This document shows, in pieces, positions 37,944 through 51,260 of a stretch of DNA of 64,000 nucleotides. Source of the stretch: Folioceros fuciformis (Eukaryota). Under the pieces are notes generated by a model. That model made no database searches. It saw nothing but the letters and a program-made list of their open reading frames with translations, and was not told the DNA's origin. The translations under genes were made by a program, and so were the position numbers. Numbering within the stretch: position 1 is the stretch's first letter; each line of letters opens with the position of its first letter. Where the stretch lies: NCBI GenBank assembly GCA_049999805.1, contig JBNGIO010006231.1, positions 1 through 64,000 of the forward strand. Direction: 5' to 3'.

Positions 37944-38352
37944 CGGGTAATCAATAGTCTTGGGGTACATGTCTGAGATGCGCTAAGCCTAAAGCTGGTG
38001 TTTAATTTGCAGTTACTGTGTAGACTTGTTTCGTGCTCTTCCTTCCCATATTTTGGTGTACAGGATGAAGAGCGATATGTCGCAGGTGAGGGCACATTTC
38101 CATCCTCATCCCTCGTGATCTTGTCTGACCTTAATCTTCACCAGTCCCGATACCTTCCTTAATCCAACATAGAGCACTTGGGAACTTAGGCAGGGCCACA
38201 GCGGTGGCCTGCACCGATGAATGTACAAAGACCAATACGGAATGGCGATCAAACAAAGCAACACTCTCAAAGCATGTACAGAGGAGCTCTTCGAGACGAG
38301 CTTGGACGAAGATTCACAACCATCTAGATGCCCATGTTTGTCAGCGTGACAT

Positions 38353-39153
38353 CTAATTGGGCTGAGCCGATTTCAGCTCCTCTTCTCTAGGGAATTTCTG
38401 AAACATATCTTTCAGCTTGTCCATGGGAGCAGCAAGTAGTCCAGCCACAGTTTCAAAGGGCGGCTTGTCGGGGGCATTGGGATGAGCGCTGCCAGCAAAC
38501 AGATCCAGGGCCGATCAAGACAGATGGACGCATAAAGGGATGGAAACATTTCAAAAACACGTGCACACATGAATTCACAGGGCCCGGTGGGAACGTACTG
38601 CGTGGGAACGCTCTTCTTGCTGATCTCAAACTCGCGACCCAGTTTGCGAGCCTCAGTCGGGTCCAGAGCAGACCTGAGCTTGGGCAGGTCGTGCTGCTCC
38701 TCGTCGTCGATGTGAGTGGAGAGGATGCGCATGCTGTCCTCCATGAGCACATCCATGCGCTCGTCCTCTGCGCTGCATCCCTCCATCTCGTCCAGAAGGT
38801 TCTTCACTTCCAGGTGCTGGGCGCGGTCCTTCTCGGCCATGTCGTGGCCGTCGGGGAGGTACTGCTCGAACGCAGGATACACCACCAGCTCCTCGCCTAC
38901 AGTGTGACGCGCCACTTCCCACCGGTACTGGTTGCTCCATTTTGTGGCCTTGGTGGTGTCGCCCTTGTGGGCCTTGTATTGCTGCAGGGGAGACGGAGCC
39001 ACAGGCGCGGTTCAGGGATTGCGCACACGTCTCGGCATTCGCATCAAGCGTACGTGATCGGTTTCACAGTCATCTGCAGGGTACCTCGTAGTACGACTTG
39101 ATCTCCTTGTGATCCCGGATGACGGCGTCCACCACGTCGCCCTTGTCAGGCAT
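38353..39153 (-). CDS. Hemerythrin HHE-domain protein (fungal-like), copy 1, 3 exons
   Basis: DAVIRDHKEI..|..WEVARHTVGEELVVYPAFE..KDRAQH..HIDDEEQHDLP..|AHPNAPDKPPFE..APMDKLKDMF; introns 39084-38982 and 38598-~38490. Confidence 0.9.
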
Positions 39154-40089
39154 CCTGTTGGCACTGGCGTGAACGGGCCGGGACCGACGAGTGAAGGAAC
39201 AGGAAAGCGGAGCGTTGACGGCGGCTAGCGGAAGGCGATGAAAGCGGAGAGCGTGCGTGAGAGACGTAAGGTGAGTGCAAGGTAGCACACGCTCGCATTT
39301 TATACACCTCTACCTCGGACAGGATCACTCTACCTCTCAAACTTGGCGCTATCTCACAGGCTGGGATCAACTTGTAGCATGTTACCTGACCGACATGCAA
39401 GCCGCAACGCGTCCAAGTATGTCACTCTGGTTGACGCGTCTCCAGCGCACTAATCGATCTGCAGTCGACGTCGACGCTCTTCTCCAAACTCAACACGATG
39501 ATTTCACAGCTTCTCTGGATATCTGTATATCGCCTTGCCGATCTGTGCTCCCGTATGCGTAGCGCCCACAAAAACGGCTAGCACGCTACCTCCGGCAGAT
39601 CTTTCCTTTCCGAAAATACTGCCGCCAGTACGGTTCCACAACACTGGGTACGGGTACATGGCTAGGTTCCCACTCGGATCCGTTGCTTCCTTGTGGCACT
39701 TCTCTGTCGAGAAAGCTGGTGGTCTATCACGCAATAATGGTTCTTCTTCAGAGGGGGAAGTTCCTATCACTGAACAGCTAGTACCCAGGGCAATGTCTCA
39801 GTGCTCACAATGCAGATCCGATATCATCTGCCTGATAGTCGGTTACGAGTATTGCTTTCAACCTTATGAAATGAACGTAACTATGCTCCGAGTTCTGAAG
39901 GGTGCAACTTCCAACTCATTTCAAGGAAGTTGGAAAGGAAAAGGTGAGCCACACACGAAGATGGATGACTCTATCTTGAAAGCTTTGGACTGGTATGTTT
40001 TTACAGTGTTGATTACAATGTCTGCACTAAGATAGACTGGCACACCGGTCCCTCGGACCAGAGGGATGACTGTATACACCAAATTTGCA

Positions 40090-40997
40090 CTAACTGCTCT
40101 GAGTCTGAGCAGCCTTGATCTCTTCGTCTTTAGGGAAGGTCTTGAACATGTCCTTGAGTTTGTCCATAGGAGCAGTCATCAACCCCACGATGTTTTCAAA
40201 GGGTGGCTTGCTAGGCGCTTGTGGGTGAGCGCTGCAAGGAACGTAACATTTCATGTTACTTCGCCTTCTGGTTTAGCTCAGTGCTCAAGATTCAAACCAA
40301 CAGATATGAGAAACGCTAATTGATGCCTTCTGAGGTTGAGAGGGAAATCAGAAGAAAGTGAGATAATCGAAGAAGCCATTCTTAAGCAAACGGAATAGGA
40401 GAAAGGCATGTACCGGGTCGGCGCGAACTTTTTGGTCCTCTCGAACTTTCTTGACAGCTTGTGCGACTGATCCCGAGAGATGGCCGCCATCAGCTTTGGC
40501 AAATCGAGCTGCTCTTCCTCTCTGATGTGCTCCTCCAAGGTCCTCATGGTTTCGTGCATGAGCACGTCAAACTTGGGCTCGCCCACCGTCATCTTCTCCA
40601 GTTGGCGAAGGTTTTCCTTCACGGTCTGGTGCTGGGCGCGGTCCTTCCCGGCCATGTCCTTGCCGTCGGAAAGATACTTCTCGAAGGCAGGGTACACCAC
40701 GATCTCTTCCGCAACGGAGTGCCGGGCCACTTCCCACATGTACTGGTTCGCCCATTTCTTCTGCTCCTGCGCGTTCCCTGCGTGGTGCTGGTATTCCTGT
40801 ACTCGTACGGACAAACGACCATTTCCCACTCAGCAATCTTTCGCAGCCTCATTCAACGAATGGCAACAACATGTGCATGGAATGCAAGACAAAGCGTGTG
40901 CGTCAGACTGGAGACGATTCTGCGCCCGATTGCTTACGTTGTAGAAAGTCCTGATATCGTTATGGTCGTGAATAACAGAGTCGACGATCTCCGTCAT
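40090..40997 (-). CDS. Hemerythrin HHE-domain protein (fungal-like), copy 2, 3 exons
   Basis: DSVIHDH..|..WEVARHSVAEEIVVYPAFE..HIREEEQLDLP..FERTKKFAPTR|AHPQAPSKPPFE; same intron positions as copy 1. Confidence 0.9.
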
Positions 40998-42641
40998 CTT
41001 GTCCAACACGATGCAAGCGTCTGAGTACCACCGCCTTCACACGGCTGCCCGCAGAGAATTCACCTGGAGGATTCAGGAAGCAGCTTAACAAAGCAGAGGA
41101 GCTAAAGACACGAATCGACCGGGCCAGTGAGCTATGCAGGCTCTGCAACTACGGCAGGATCACGTCGGTGACGTGGGGGTCTCTTATAGTCCTATCAGAC
41201 ATACACGCGTTGCTCCCATGCTGACGATTACGAGCCACGTCGTCACGAGGTCTCCCCCTTCCTACGCCCCCAGCAGGAAGTTCAGCACGTTGTGACCAAT
41301 GGCAAACCGCAAGCGAGCCAAGCTGTCTTTTTGCTCACTGTGAGTTCTGACGTCATTCCTCAAACCCAGCACTCTGTGCAAGTTTTCTGTGGATCAAAAA
41401 TCGGACTACGCAGCAGGAAAGAAAATGTTGGTGAAGGAAAGAACATGCGTCCGTGTCCCACTCCTTAAGGGCTAACAGTGGAAAATGTCTTGCTGCTTTG
41501 CTTAAAGATTTGGCTCCTGTGGAGTCTCCAACTGAAAGGATGTAAGGCCTGGGATCCAGACTTGGGAGTAACGACTTTACTCTGCATCTCTTGTTAGTCT
41601 CGTTTTCGTTTCTGTAACAGTTCCATATCATGCCGACGAGATGGTGCTTCTTCTGCTCAGAGCTAAGGTTGAGGTTTTGGGGCAGCTCCTTAGTCGACCT
41701 GAAAATCAGAGTGCCATTGCAGTGAGTGGTTAACTGTTCCCCTAATGTGCGTCATTTGTTGGTTCCTCTTCCTTTCACATTGATGATATGAGTTGGAGAC
41801 TACTCGTGTTTCACAAATGATGCTCTTCCAGTCTTGATGACTGGACTGTTGTTATATCGTGGCAAAGCAGGACCGACTTGCAACTCCCCGTGATCCAGGC
41901 AACTGGAATCCGTAATTAGGAAGACAGCTATGCGCCTGCTGAAGTTTGTGGCTTCCACTGACAGCTTTTGTTTCTTCCTGAAGCTTGGGGCTACAACACA
42001 GAACTTTAGGAGTTCAGCAGACAATATTCCTAGAATCCACGTCTTCTATCTGCCTACACTTTTCTCCCTAGATTATTTATCATTCAAAATACCAAAAATT
42101 GAAAAAAAAATCGTATCTGCAAAGCTGATGGGAGACTGAGCTAGTTTCCTGTCCAAAGCTGAAGCGAGGGTCACGCCTGCGTACCCAAAAGGTCAGATTG
42201 TTTCATTTGTCAGAGGTCATGGATCTATGCCAAGAATGACTGGTTCTTGCTTTCACAGGGTGTACTTTTCGTCCAACCATGAAAAGAATACAGGACAGGC
42301 AGAACAACCGAAGCAATGGCCTCAGTGCTGATACATGTCGTTCATGGTGAGTGACACACTCGTGGGGTTGCACAAGCAGGGCTGTCGTGCATCTGCACCA
42401 GCTGCTTCCCTTCATGACAGATCGAACGATAGCTCGCATGAACAAGACACCTTGTGCATCTCTGAGCAAAAAGTGCCCACAATGCCACCCAGCGTCCTCA
42501 GCATTCCCATATGATTCATGGCCCAGATAACCCCCTGGCCCAGATTTGCCGAACAGGCTAAGGGTATCCACCACCATTCAATGAATGAAACATGCATGCC
42601 TTTTGGCTTGCTCCCATGTCGACTCCTCCTCCTACAAACTA

Positions 42642-44247
42642 CTACGCTATGCCGTGGCTCCCGACCCTTCGATCTTCAGGTGGGATTACAAGATGATTCG
42701 CAAGCATGAATGACAAATCATGCATCTCTGATAATAAGGTGCCCACAACACTACTTGCCTCATTAGAAAGCGGCGCCCGAGTTGCAGGTGTACTCTGCGA
42801 GAGATCAAGCCCCTCGAGCTGGTTGATGAAAAGGTTTCCCTCCGCCGACGTGATACCCCTGANNNNNNNNNNNNNNNNNNNNNNNNNNNNNNNNNNNNNN
42901 NNNNNNNNNNNNNNNNNNNNNNNNNNNNNNNNNNNNNNNNNNNNNNNNNNNNNNNNNNNNNNCACTGTTCCAAGACAACACCAGCGGAGCCTCGTGAGCC
43001 CAAGCTGCCATTGCAACCTGCCCAAGGCTAAATTCAAACACATGCAGATACTCATGGACTTTCAGCTTTAACAGATACCAACCTATCAGCACCCCCGGTT
43101 GTTGCCGAGGGTCCACTACTGTCAGGTTGCTTCGCAAAAAAATCTTCGCTGTCAAAACCTGTGAAATCTCCCACCCCGGCAGAGGTCTTGCTCGCAACTG
43201 ACTGATACTGATCGCCCTCACGAAAGTCTCCTAAACCAGTGGGCAACCCAGCTCCAGAAGTTGATGTCGGGGATGGAAATAAATCATCAGAAAGCCTTGT
43301 GTTGAATGAGTCTAGCTGGTCTGTTGAACCAGTGGAAGGCTCTGCCGAAAACAGAGAACATAATCCTCGTCACAAACTGGAGGTGTAATAACTTTACAAG
43401 GAGAGTCCATACTCCATCACTCAACTTTCATCACCTGAAAGTCGCTTAGGCAACACTGCGTGTGAAGATGAGGGCGCCTGACCTACATTCGCTGCCTGCC
43501 CTCCTTGTTGAAAGCTATTCTTGTTGCTAAACTGGGCATCAGAACCGGTCACCGATCCTGACCTTCCTCCCAATACCTGTGGGCCTGCGGTCAGTGAGCT
43601 CCTGCCAGTAACCGCTTGAGAGGACAAAAAAGGCTGTCCTCTCCGAGACGTGTTGTCCAACCTGCCAAGCCCTCCTGATCCCCGCCGTGACTCTGCTCCA
43701 CTCGGCGCAGCACCTGAGTCTGATCCCCTCCTCGACTCCAAACTACCAACGGATGCAGACCCACGTCGAGAATCGGGCCCATCACCGATCACCCACTGTC
43801 CTCCTTCCAACTTGTCAGGGCCCCCATCCTGCACATACACACAACCCAGCGCAAGCTCATGTCACTGAAGTGCCACTCGAATTCCCAACCCCCAATTACA
43901 GCCAGAGCCAGGAAAATGCCCACCTTCAACTTCCCGGTGGCCAAGAGCCCATCCACGTATCGGCTGAACGCAAGCGATTGGGGGAACTCGATGTCCGGCG
44001 GGTTCTGCAATCCCAGCTCCGTCTTGGTGCCACACCCAACACAGATCACAGACTGCGCCCAGAGCAGACTAACCCCACACTTCCGGCAGCGCGGCTTCTG
44101 TGGGTCGGCTCCAACGACCATGTACTCCTTGAGTGTCTGCAACTTGGGCCACGGGCCCCCCACTCTAGGATCCAAATGCGCCACGGAAGCTGTGATCTTA
44201 TCAAAGCGCTCCTGCAACGTGGGCATGATGATCTCCAAAGCCTCCAT
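42642..44247 (-). CDS. Uncharacterised plant protein with N-terminal CxxC-x10-CxxC Zn ribbon, low-complexity middle and conserved C-terminus
   Basis: CRKCGVSLLWAQSVICVGCG and C-terminal LLSEMHDLSFML..LVIP, motifs seen in plant 'dentin sialophosphoprotein-like' hypothetical proteins; multi-exon; spans an N gap. Confidence 0.65.
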
Positions 44248-45049
44248 GCTTGCCCTCCAGAATTCGCTCCCCAAGATCAGCTTCAAACCCTACAATGCCC
44301 AGCAGCCCAGTCCTCGAACGCCTGACAAGACCGAGAGTCACTAGAAGACCCACAATCTGGCTTGCCCTAGAGAAGCTTTGGTGGCCACTGTCCAACGCGC
44401 TAGTAGGCAGCAGGCACCATGACCGTAAATAAATAGACCTAAGAGTTGTGCATTCCAGAGTTTCGATACCATTGTGGAACTGGCTTGCGGGGGATTCTTC
44501 GGATCTGATTGTCAATGCATTCAATGAACAAGTGCAACATCGAAAGCAAGACTTGGCGGTGTGTTAGGCAAGCATTGATTCACACATGCCTTGACCCGTG
44601 AACAGGGACAGCAGGCCTGCAGAAACGGAAGTACATACGTACTCAGGACGACAGTACCAGGAGGAATGCCATGTTGCGAATTATGGCGGCCTGCTGCCAG
44701 GCGTGAAGCAGGGAGGTGCCCGTCTCCATCTAAGGATGACCATGGCAGAGGGCGGAAATCGGTGGCCCAGACACTGGCCCCCATCCAACCCGGGGTTAAG
44801 TGGATTGAAGGAACGCGAGGCACGGGCATGCAGTGGTGGTTGGGAAGCATTAAGTGGGCGTGTCCTGTGCTGAGTGGATCTGGGCGGGTAATGGATGCGG
44901 ATTAAAAAAGGGGAGAGGAGAGGCCGGGACGCGTGTGATGGAGCAAGAGAGATCGAGCAAGGCGAGGGAGCGGGTTGTGTGTGGGCTGCGCATCCGGTGA
45001 TACCGACACCGGGCCATCATTGGGTGGGACGGCTGGGGCGGAGCTGCGG

Positions 45050-45541
45050 ATGGGGAGAAACGCTGGGCGTTCGGACAGGGACAGGGACGGGGGACGCGCC
45101 GCCGTTGCTGAGAGCTCGGGCGGGGAGGAGCAGCTGCGGAGCCTGCAGCAGGAGAGGCAGCGGGAGGTGGAGACGGCTCGGGGGCGAGTGCAGAGCCTGG
45201 AGCGGGAACGGGAACGCCTGCGGGAGGAGGCCTGGAACCGGCTGCGCAGCCTGGAGAGCGAGCGGGAACGGGAGCGGGAGGCCTTCAGCAAGCGCGAGCG
45301 CAGCCTGGAGCTTGAGCGGCAGAAGGAGCGGGAGGAGGCGTGTATCCAGCTCTGGAAGTTGGAGCGTCAGCGGGAGCGGGAGATCGAGAAGGCACAGCTG
45401 CGGGCCAAGAAATTGGAGAAAGAGCGAGAGAAGGAGCGCCTTGCTGCGTGGAAGCGGGTGATGAATTTGGAGCGGGTTCGTGAGAGGGAGATGGATTCCG
45501 CGCACAATTTGTTGTTCAACCTCCCGTCCATGGACGCCTGA
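45050..45541 (+). CDS. Hypothetical Glu/Arg-rich helical protein (163 aa)
   Basis: Intact ORF with G/C-ending codon bias and repeating EREREEA(W/F/C) blocks; no family recognised. Confidence 0.5.
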   Translation: MGRNAGRSDRDRDGGRAAVAESSGGEEQLRSLQQERQREVETARGRVQSLERERERLREEAWNRLRSLESEREREREAFSKRERSLELERQKEREEACIQLWKLERQREREIEKAQLRAKKLEKEREKERLAAWKRVMNLERVREREMDSAHNLLFNLPSMDA

Positions 45542-45752
45542 CTCGCGGTCGGGGCTCAAGCGATTCGTAGGCGGGTAGTGGGGCAAAGGGGGGTGTAGGT
45601 AGGGGAAGGAGGGAGAGCGTTCCAATTCTGGTTGCATCTGTCTGTGGTCTGTCTTTCGTGGGTTCCGGGCATGAGCCGAGGCTGGGGTGGATTGGAAGAT
45701 GGTGCTGAGAGTGGGTGGAGGTTAGGTGTGGTGTTTATTGCGTTGGGGGACG

Positions 45753-47276
45753 ATGAGCTCCCAAGTGCATCCGGATCCTGGGTCGGGGTCCGATGATGAG
45801 AGGGTTTACGATTGGGAGAGTTACCAGGATGCCGTTGCTCGGCACTGCGGGCTCGCCATCTTACTGGCCCAGGAGCTGAGGAGGAAGAGGGCGTTGGGTG
45901 AGGAGATCGCAAGCGCGTGTGAGGTAATGGGGTTTTGTGTTGGGGGAGGAGACAGGAAGGCGGTTGTGGCTGTGTCTGCTTGCTTGCTGAAAGTGGGTTC
46001 GGCCTGTGCAGGCTCGGTCCAAGGCGCTGGAGCAGCGGGATATTAAGGACGCCTTGAATCGGAGGCTTGAGAGCAAGAAGCTGGAGTTGGTTGAGGCGGT
46101 TCGCGCTGGGCAGAAGGCTGCTCGTGACTTGCTGAAGGCCAATGAGGAGCTCTGGCCATCGGCACAGAGCTTCGCTGCTGCCAAACATGCACTTGAGGCT
46201 GCTCGTCGCAGGGTTGAGGTTAGTTGCCCCGTCAGTCAGCATGGAAGGTTTCTAGTCTCAAGTTGTATGTAGTTGTAGGGGTGGCTCTGATCTGGACAGG
46301 GTGCTCTGTTATTTGCAGGATGCCAATACGCTCTTGGCTGGAGAGAAGGGCCGTGGTCGGCTTTCGCACTTGACAAGGCTGCTGGATGCCAGGCGGCGGA
46401 TCATGGTCAGTCAGGTTGCTTCCCTATACCCTCTCGCAGTTTGCACGTCACCTGCGAGCCCTGGAACTTTGCCGGTGCAGTCACAGGCCCCGTCATCATC
46501 AGGTGCTTAGACACTCTTCTCGTTGCACGTTTTGTGCTCTTTGACACCCGTCTCTGAAGTTCGGTAGCATAACAGAACCAGTTTGTTGTCTGCTTCTTCA
46601 CCAGAAAATGCATCCATGGCTATAGCAGGCCTCCAGTTGCTGGCTCCTCTGAAGAAGAAACCTGGGTTGTTTGATGAGAAGTACGACTACGAAGTATCTG
46701 CTACAGCTCTCGGATATGTCGCACATGTAAGAAACTTTTTCTGTCCGTAGACCGGTGAGGGGAGTTGCACCTTTTTTGCGGAAGCTGACCTTGCGGATAT
46801 CTGTGTTTTGAGTAGGTTGTGTCTCTGGTGGCAGCGTATCTGGATGTCCAACTGCGCTACCCCATACGTCTAAGGGCATCGCGCTCTTATATCCAAGACC
46901 CTTCACCGGCTTTTGATGTCTCGGGGACTGATCTAGGCCCGATCCTGCCGATTCCGGCTGCTGAAGGGGTCTCAAAAGTTGTTGTGGAATTCCCCCTCTT
47001 CTCTGAAGGCCAGGATCTGACCAGGTCTGCCTATGCTGTCTTCTTGCTGAACAAGGTTGGCCGCGATCCTTCACCTTCTCATCTACTGCCATGTTGAAAT
47101 GCTTCGCGGTTGCATGTCTGAAACGGCCATGTCCTCCTGCCTGTGAGCAGGACTTGGAGCAGTTGTTGAATTGGGTGGGGCTCGAAGCTGTTGGGCCACG
47201 ACACACATTACCCAACCTGAACAGGCTCCTTACCAGATTGGTGTGGGAAGGAACAACACCTAATGTGACGAAGTGA
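45753..47276 (+). CDS. VPS38: VPS38/UVRAG (PI3K complex II subunit), multi-exon
   Basis: MVSQVASLYP, SATALGYVAH|VVSLVAAYLDVQLRYP, FPLFSEGQD..RSAYAVFLLNK|DLEQLL, GPRHTLPNL. Confidence 0.88.
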
Positions 47277-48127
47277 TATCAACTTCTCAGATCACACGTG
47301 ACGGATCAAGTAATGCACCTTTTCAGCTCGACTCATTGGACGCGGTAGATTTTATGTACCAAAATTCGGATTAGCCGATGTAGAGATACAGGTAAGAGTA
47401 AGACATGGCACGAAGATTTATCACACAGTCCTGTAACGAAGTGACATTGATTTTGAAGATCAGAGGCTAAAGTTGTCAGCAGGCGGGGAGAGGATTTTAT
47501 TCGTCCGACGACTGTTCTTAGTGCAGTTGCACGTTAGCCGGCAAGGTAGCGGCTAATACGAGAAGTGTCTTGGTTGAGGTGGTTGGATATGACTTGCGGT
47601 GAGCCTGAAGTAAGACGTAAGGCCACACAACACAACACTAGACCACACGTTTAGAAGGCAGCTTTTGGTACAAGAAGCAGACTGGTCGATGCACAGACTT
47701 GCGGACACGAACCTGGCAACAATGTGGAGTTCATCACATAGATTGATAATCCGAACTCCCTACAGTGACGAAAGGCGTCTCTACAACGGAGTCCCAATGC
47801 CTACCAAGGGACTCGTTGAAGCACACATTGAAGCGGAGCCGCGCGAGAACAAGCGCCTCGGCTTGTCGCTTGTAGGCCAAGAACACTGCACTGCCTGCTT
47901 TCACACAAGGGAGACGAGCTCTACACATACAGAAAGCGTGGAGCGGATCCCCTCATGCTTTGCCCGTTCCCCTGTCCAACCTCGTTGAACAGAGTAATCA
48001 GCACCCACGCCGTAGCAGAGGAGGAGGAGAAGAAAGCCGTCGTCCGTTCCAGAGCAAACATTTTCACAGAAAGAATTGGTTTGAGGAAAAGGATGAGACC
48101 GAGATGCGAGGTGGATGGATGTTGGAA

Positions 48128-48361
48128 TCACCACCAACCATACCTCATCTCAATGTACTTCTCCTTGATCCACCGGAAGCTGCTCCGGAACGAGTTCTTC
48201 ACCTTCCCTTCCACGGCGAAAACCTTGTAGGACGCGACGCGTTTTTTTCGTTTCAACTCGGGGTCGTGCAGGCCCCACGAGTTGGTGCTCTGGCTCTTGT
48301 GGTAGTAAGGCCGTTCCTTTTGCGCGGAGTCATATCTCACGCTGTAGCTCCGGTCCCCCAT
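48128..48361 (-). CDS. DUF3511 small protein (77 aa)
   Basis: WGLHDPELKRKKRVASYKVFAVEGKVKNSFRSSFRWIK. Confidence 0.9.
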   Translation of the reverse strand: MGDRSYSVRYDSAQKERPYYHKSQSTNSWGLHDPELKRKKRVASYKVFAVEGKVKNSFRSSFRWIKEKYIEMRYGWW

Positions 48362-49346
48362 GGCTGAACCTCCGTCCGACAAGAGATCCGGCGGTAACCG
48401 TCGGAGAGCAGCGCGCGATCTAGGTCAAGCCACGTCGGGCCGCAGCAACATAAATCCGTCCCCGCGTCCAAGATGCCTGCTCGCTTCGGATCTCGAGCCC
48501 TTCCGCCTGCAGGAGCCGGAACAGAAGCATCAACCTGACCGCGAGCTCCGATCTTGGCCAACGCCGAAAGCTGACGGCGCGGGCAGCACGCGAGGTAGAG
48601 CAGCGCGGGTCGGCGGGACTGGAGACGATGCGCGAGGAGGCGCGCGATGAAGTGGCTCGAGAGGATGGAAAAGAGGCGGGCACAGGCTACGAAAAGAAGG
48701 GAAGAGGTTGCGGTGAGGTGGGACAGGAGGAGAGCGCGAGCGGAGGCTGAGGAGAAGGTTGTGGTAGCACTCTACTCTCTTCATCCCTCTTCAGGGGATA
48801 CCACGACCCACACCCCACTGGCCACCGGGGACCGGGGTCGCCGGAACCTTCGCGTGATCGGATCAGCTGACAGCTTGGTGCTGTTGACCGGCTCTCTGCG
48901 CCTGACACACCAATTGACCGGAGACGACGCGCTAACGTGAGGTTGCACGCACACACACGTTGGGATCATGTCAAGGCGGCAGATTCGTCCGCCGGCCAGG
49001 CGCTACAGGGTTGGCCCAGACCCAGCCCCAGTCCCAGCCCACTAGCACGCTTTCCCTTTCTCGTCTATTGTCAGCGAAGCATAGCTGGTGATCCGCCAGC
49101 CTTGCAACAATGCGTCTTGCTTCATCAAGGGCTTCTCCCGCCCACCACGTTGCAACGAGAGGGTGCTTCGTGTGATGGATCCCACTCGAGCTTCGAACCA
49201 TTGTCCCCACAGTGGTGGCAAGAGCTAGGGGATGGAATCCTCGAAGCTTGGCGATGATATGATATAATTTGCTGAGATATATGTACATTACAGCCGGTTG
49301 GAGTCGGAGAGTTCTATGCGGATGTGATGAGTTATCGAGGATCGTT

Positions 49347-51260
49347 CTATCCTCTGGTCCGCATCACCGTGATGGTTCCGTTTCCCTCTGTGACGATCGT
49401 GGTGAGCGCAAGCACGGACCGCCCAGATCCAGGAGCATCCCGGAGGTCGGGAGGAGAAACTGGGTGAGGATGGTGGCCTCCTTCGGGCTTGCTTGATCTT
49501 GAGCTCGTGGGCCCGGAGATTCGGCGGTTGATGTCGTGGAGCGTGACGTCTCCTTGAGCTCCGCAGGGCTTGAGCAGGGCGAACGGGTAGGCCACCGACG
49601 ACGGCGCAAGGCTGGATCTGGTGCGCGCAAGGGCCAGCCCCTTCCTCCCTGCAACTGCCAGAATGCCACCTTCAGTTGCATTGCATGTGAGTCAAGCCAC
49701 TCCACTTCGATGCTTGCTCTGGTGTGTGTCCGTGAGTGGACGGATGTGTGCGTGTGTGCAGAAACGAGATATACCAGCAGTAGTAGAGGAGGGTCGTGAT
49801 GACAGGGGAGTGAGAGAGCCCAGAAACAGGTTACACTCGGAGTCGAGGGTGGGGGGATGGCCGGAGATTAGAGGAGGACTGGGTCTGCCAAGAGGGAAGC
49901 CTTTTTTCCTGCACCACCGTGAGCATGCAATGCAACCGAATTGAGCTCATGAGCATCGTCCTCGTCAGACATCACCGTCAGCATAGCATAACTTCACACG
50001 CTCACACAAGTACTGGTACTGGAACTCACTTGATGCCATAGCAGTCTACAGCGAACAGGTCACGCCAGTCCCTGCTCTCTTCACAGAGCACGGCTTCACG
50101 GGACTCAAGAACTTGCTCCTGCGAACCCTGAGACGGCTCCTGTGCTTGAGTGATGGAGCTGCGGGACAGCTCATGCTCCTGATTATGCAGCAAGCCGAGC
50201 TCCTGCTCGTACGAGGACTCCTGCGTTTGCTCATGACTGCTGCCCTGGTCACCAAAGCGTTCACGGGGATAGCTCACATCCGCGTGCTCGCCTTCCGAGT
50301 TGTGGTACAGAAGCTGATTGCCATCATGATTATCCTGGGCCTGGGACTCGTGGTGGTCAAGGAGGTTTCGGGTTTGGTCGCATGGGTCCCTAGCTTCTCG
50401 GTTTCCGAAGCATCTGTCCACCCATTTGTCGGACTGATCCACACTGGAGCACGGCTCATCTGCATCTCCTGGGCCAGGTTACCATATACCTCACTCATCA
50501 GTTTGCCCACTGTTGTTACATGCAATGTGACTGAGCTACACACACCTCTCGTCGACCAACTGCCTCTGCATACCTGATCTTAGGTACCATGGAGACGCAG
50601 AGGCAGAGGCTTCGTGCTCATCGGACACCTGACAGAGGCAGACACTCTAATGAGCACAGGGTCATCATGAGGCTCGCGACGTAGACTACAGCGTGCCACC
50701 GGACAAAGCAGTGAGTTACCCCAAACGCGCCATTCCCGGGCCCAAGCTGTGCTTCACAAAGCACGTCAAACTCTGAGGTGCTACAGAAGCTCAGCATGCG
50801 TCGCCTCTTGAACCGGCTTTTGGGAGGACTGGATGCACCTTCTTCATGACCTACACCTCGCAGTCCCAACAGGAGGACACTTCATGAGCAACTCCTGATC
50901 ACACCAGCACAGACACTTGCATCCAAACGCCGCAGCAAAAACCTGCACCGCAGCCACTTACTCACCTCCACTGCTGGAAAGTCCATAAGACCACGACTGC
51001 ACCCTCTCCGGCCCCGGAGTGGACCCAAACAGGGACTTGGACTGGGCTTCGGCTTGAGACAAGTCTTGCAGAAACGACTGAGAGATGGCTGTAGGATAGA
51101 TTCACAGCAGCAGTGTGACGGTGAGGTCCCGGAGAAAGCCAATCACACGTTGTGCGTACCAGAAACAATGAGCGTGACGGAAGAGACCAACGAGCCACGC
51201 ACCTAATGGAGACTCGGCATCAAGCTTGTACGCATCGTCTTGCCAGTCCCAGGGCTCCAT
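49347..51260 (-). CDS. XRI1: XRI1-like protein, multi-exon; start uncertain
   Basis: MEPWDWQ, KRRRMLSF, VAYPFALLKPCGAQGDVTLHDIN, C-terminal TEGNGTITVMRTRG. Confidence 0.8.

Noticed and set aside
41340-42600. Several short ORFs between hemerythrin copy 2 and the Zn-ribbon gene
   Set aside because: No recognisable domain or consistent splice structure.
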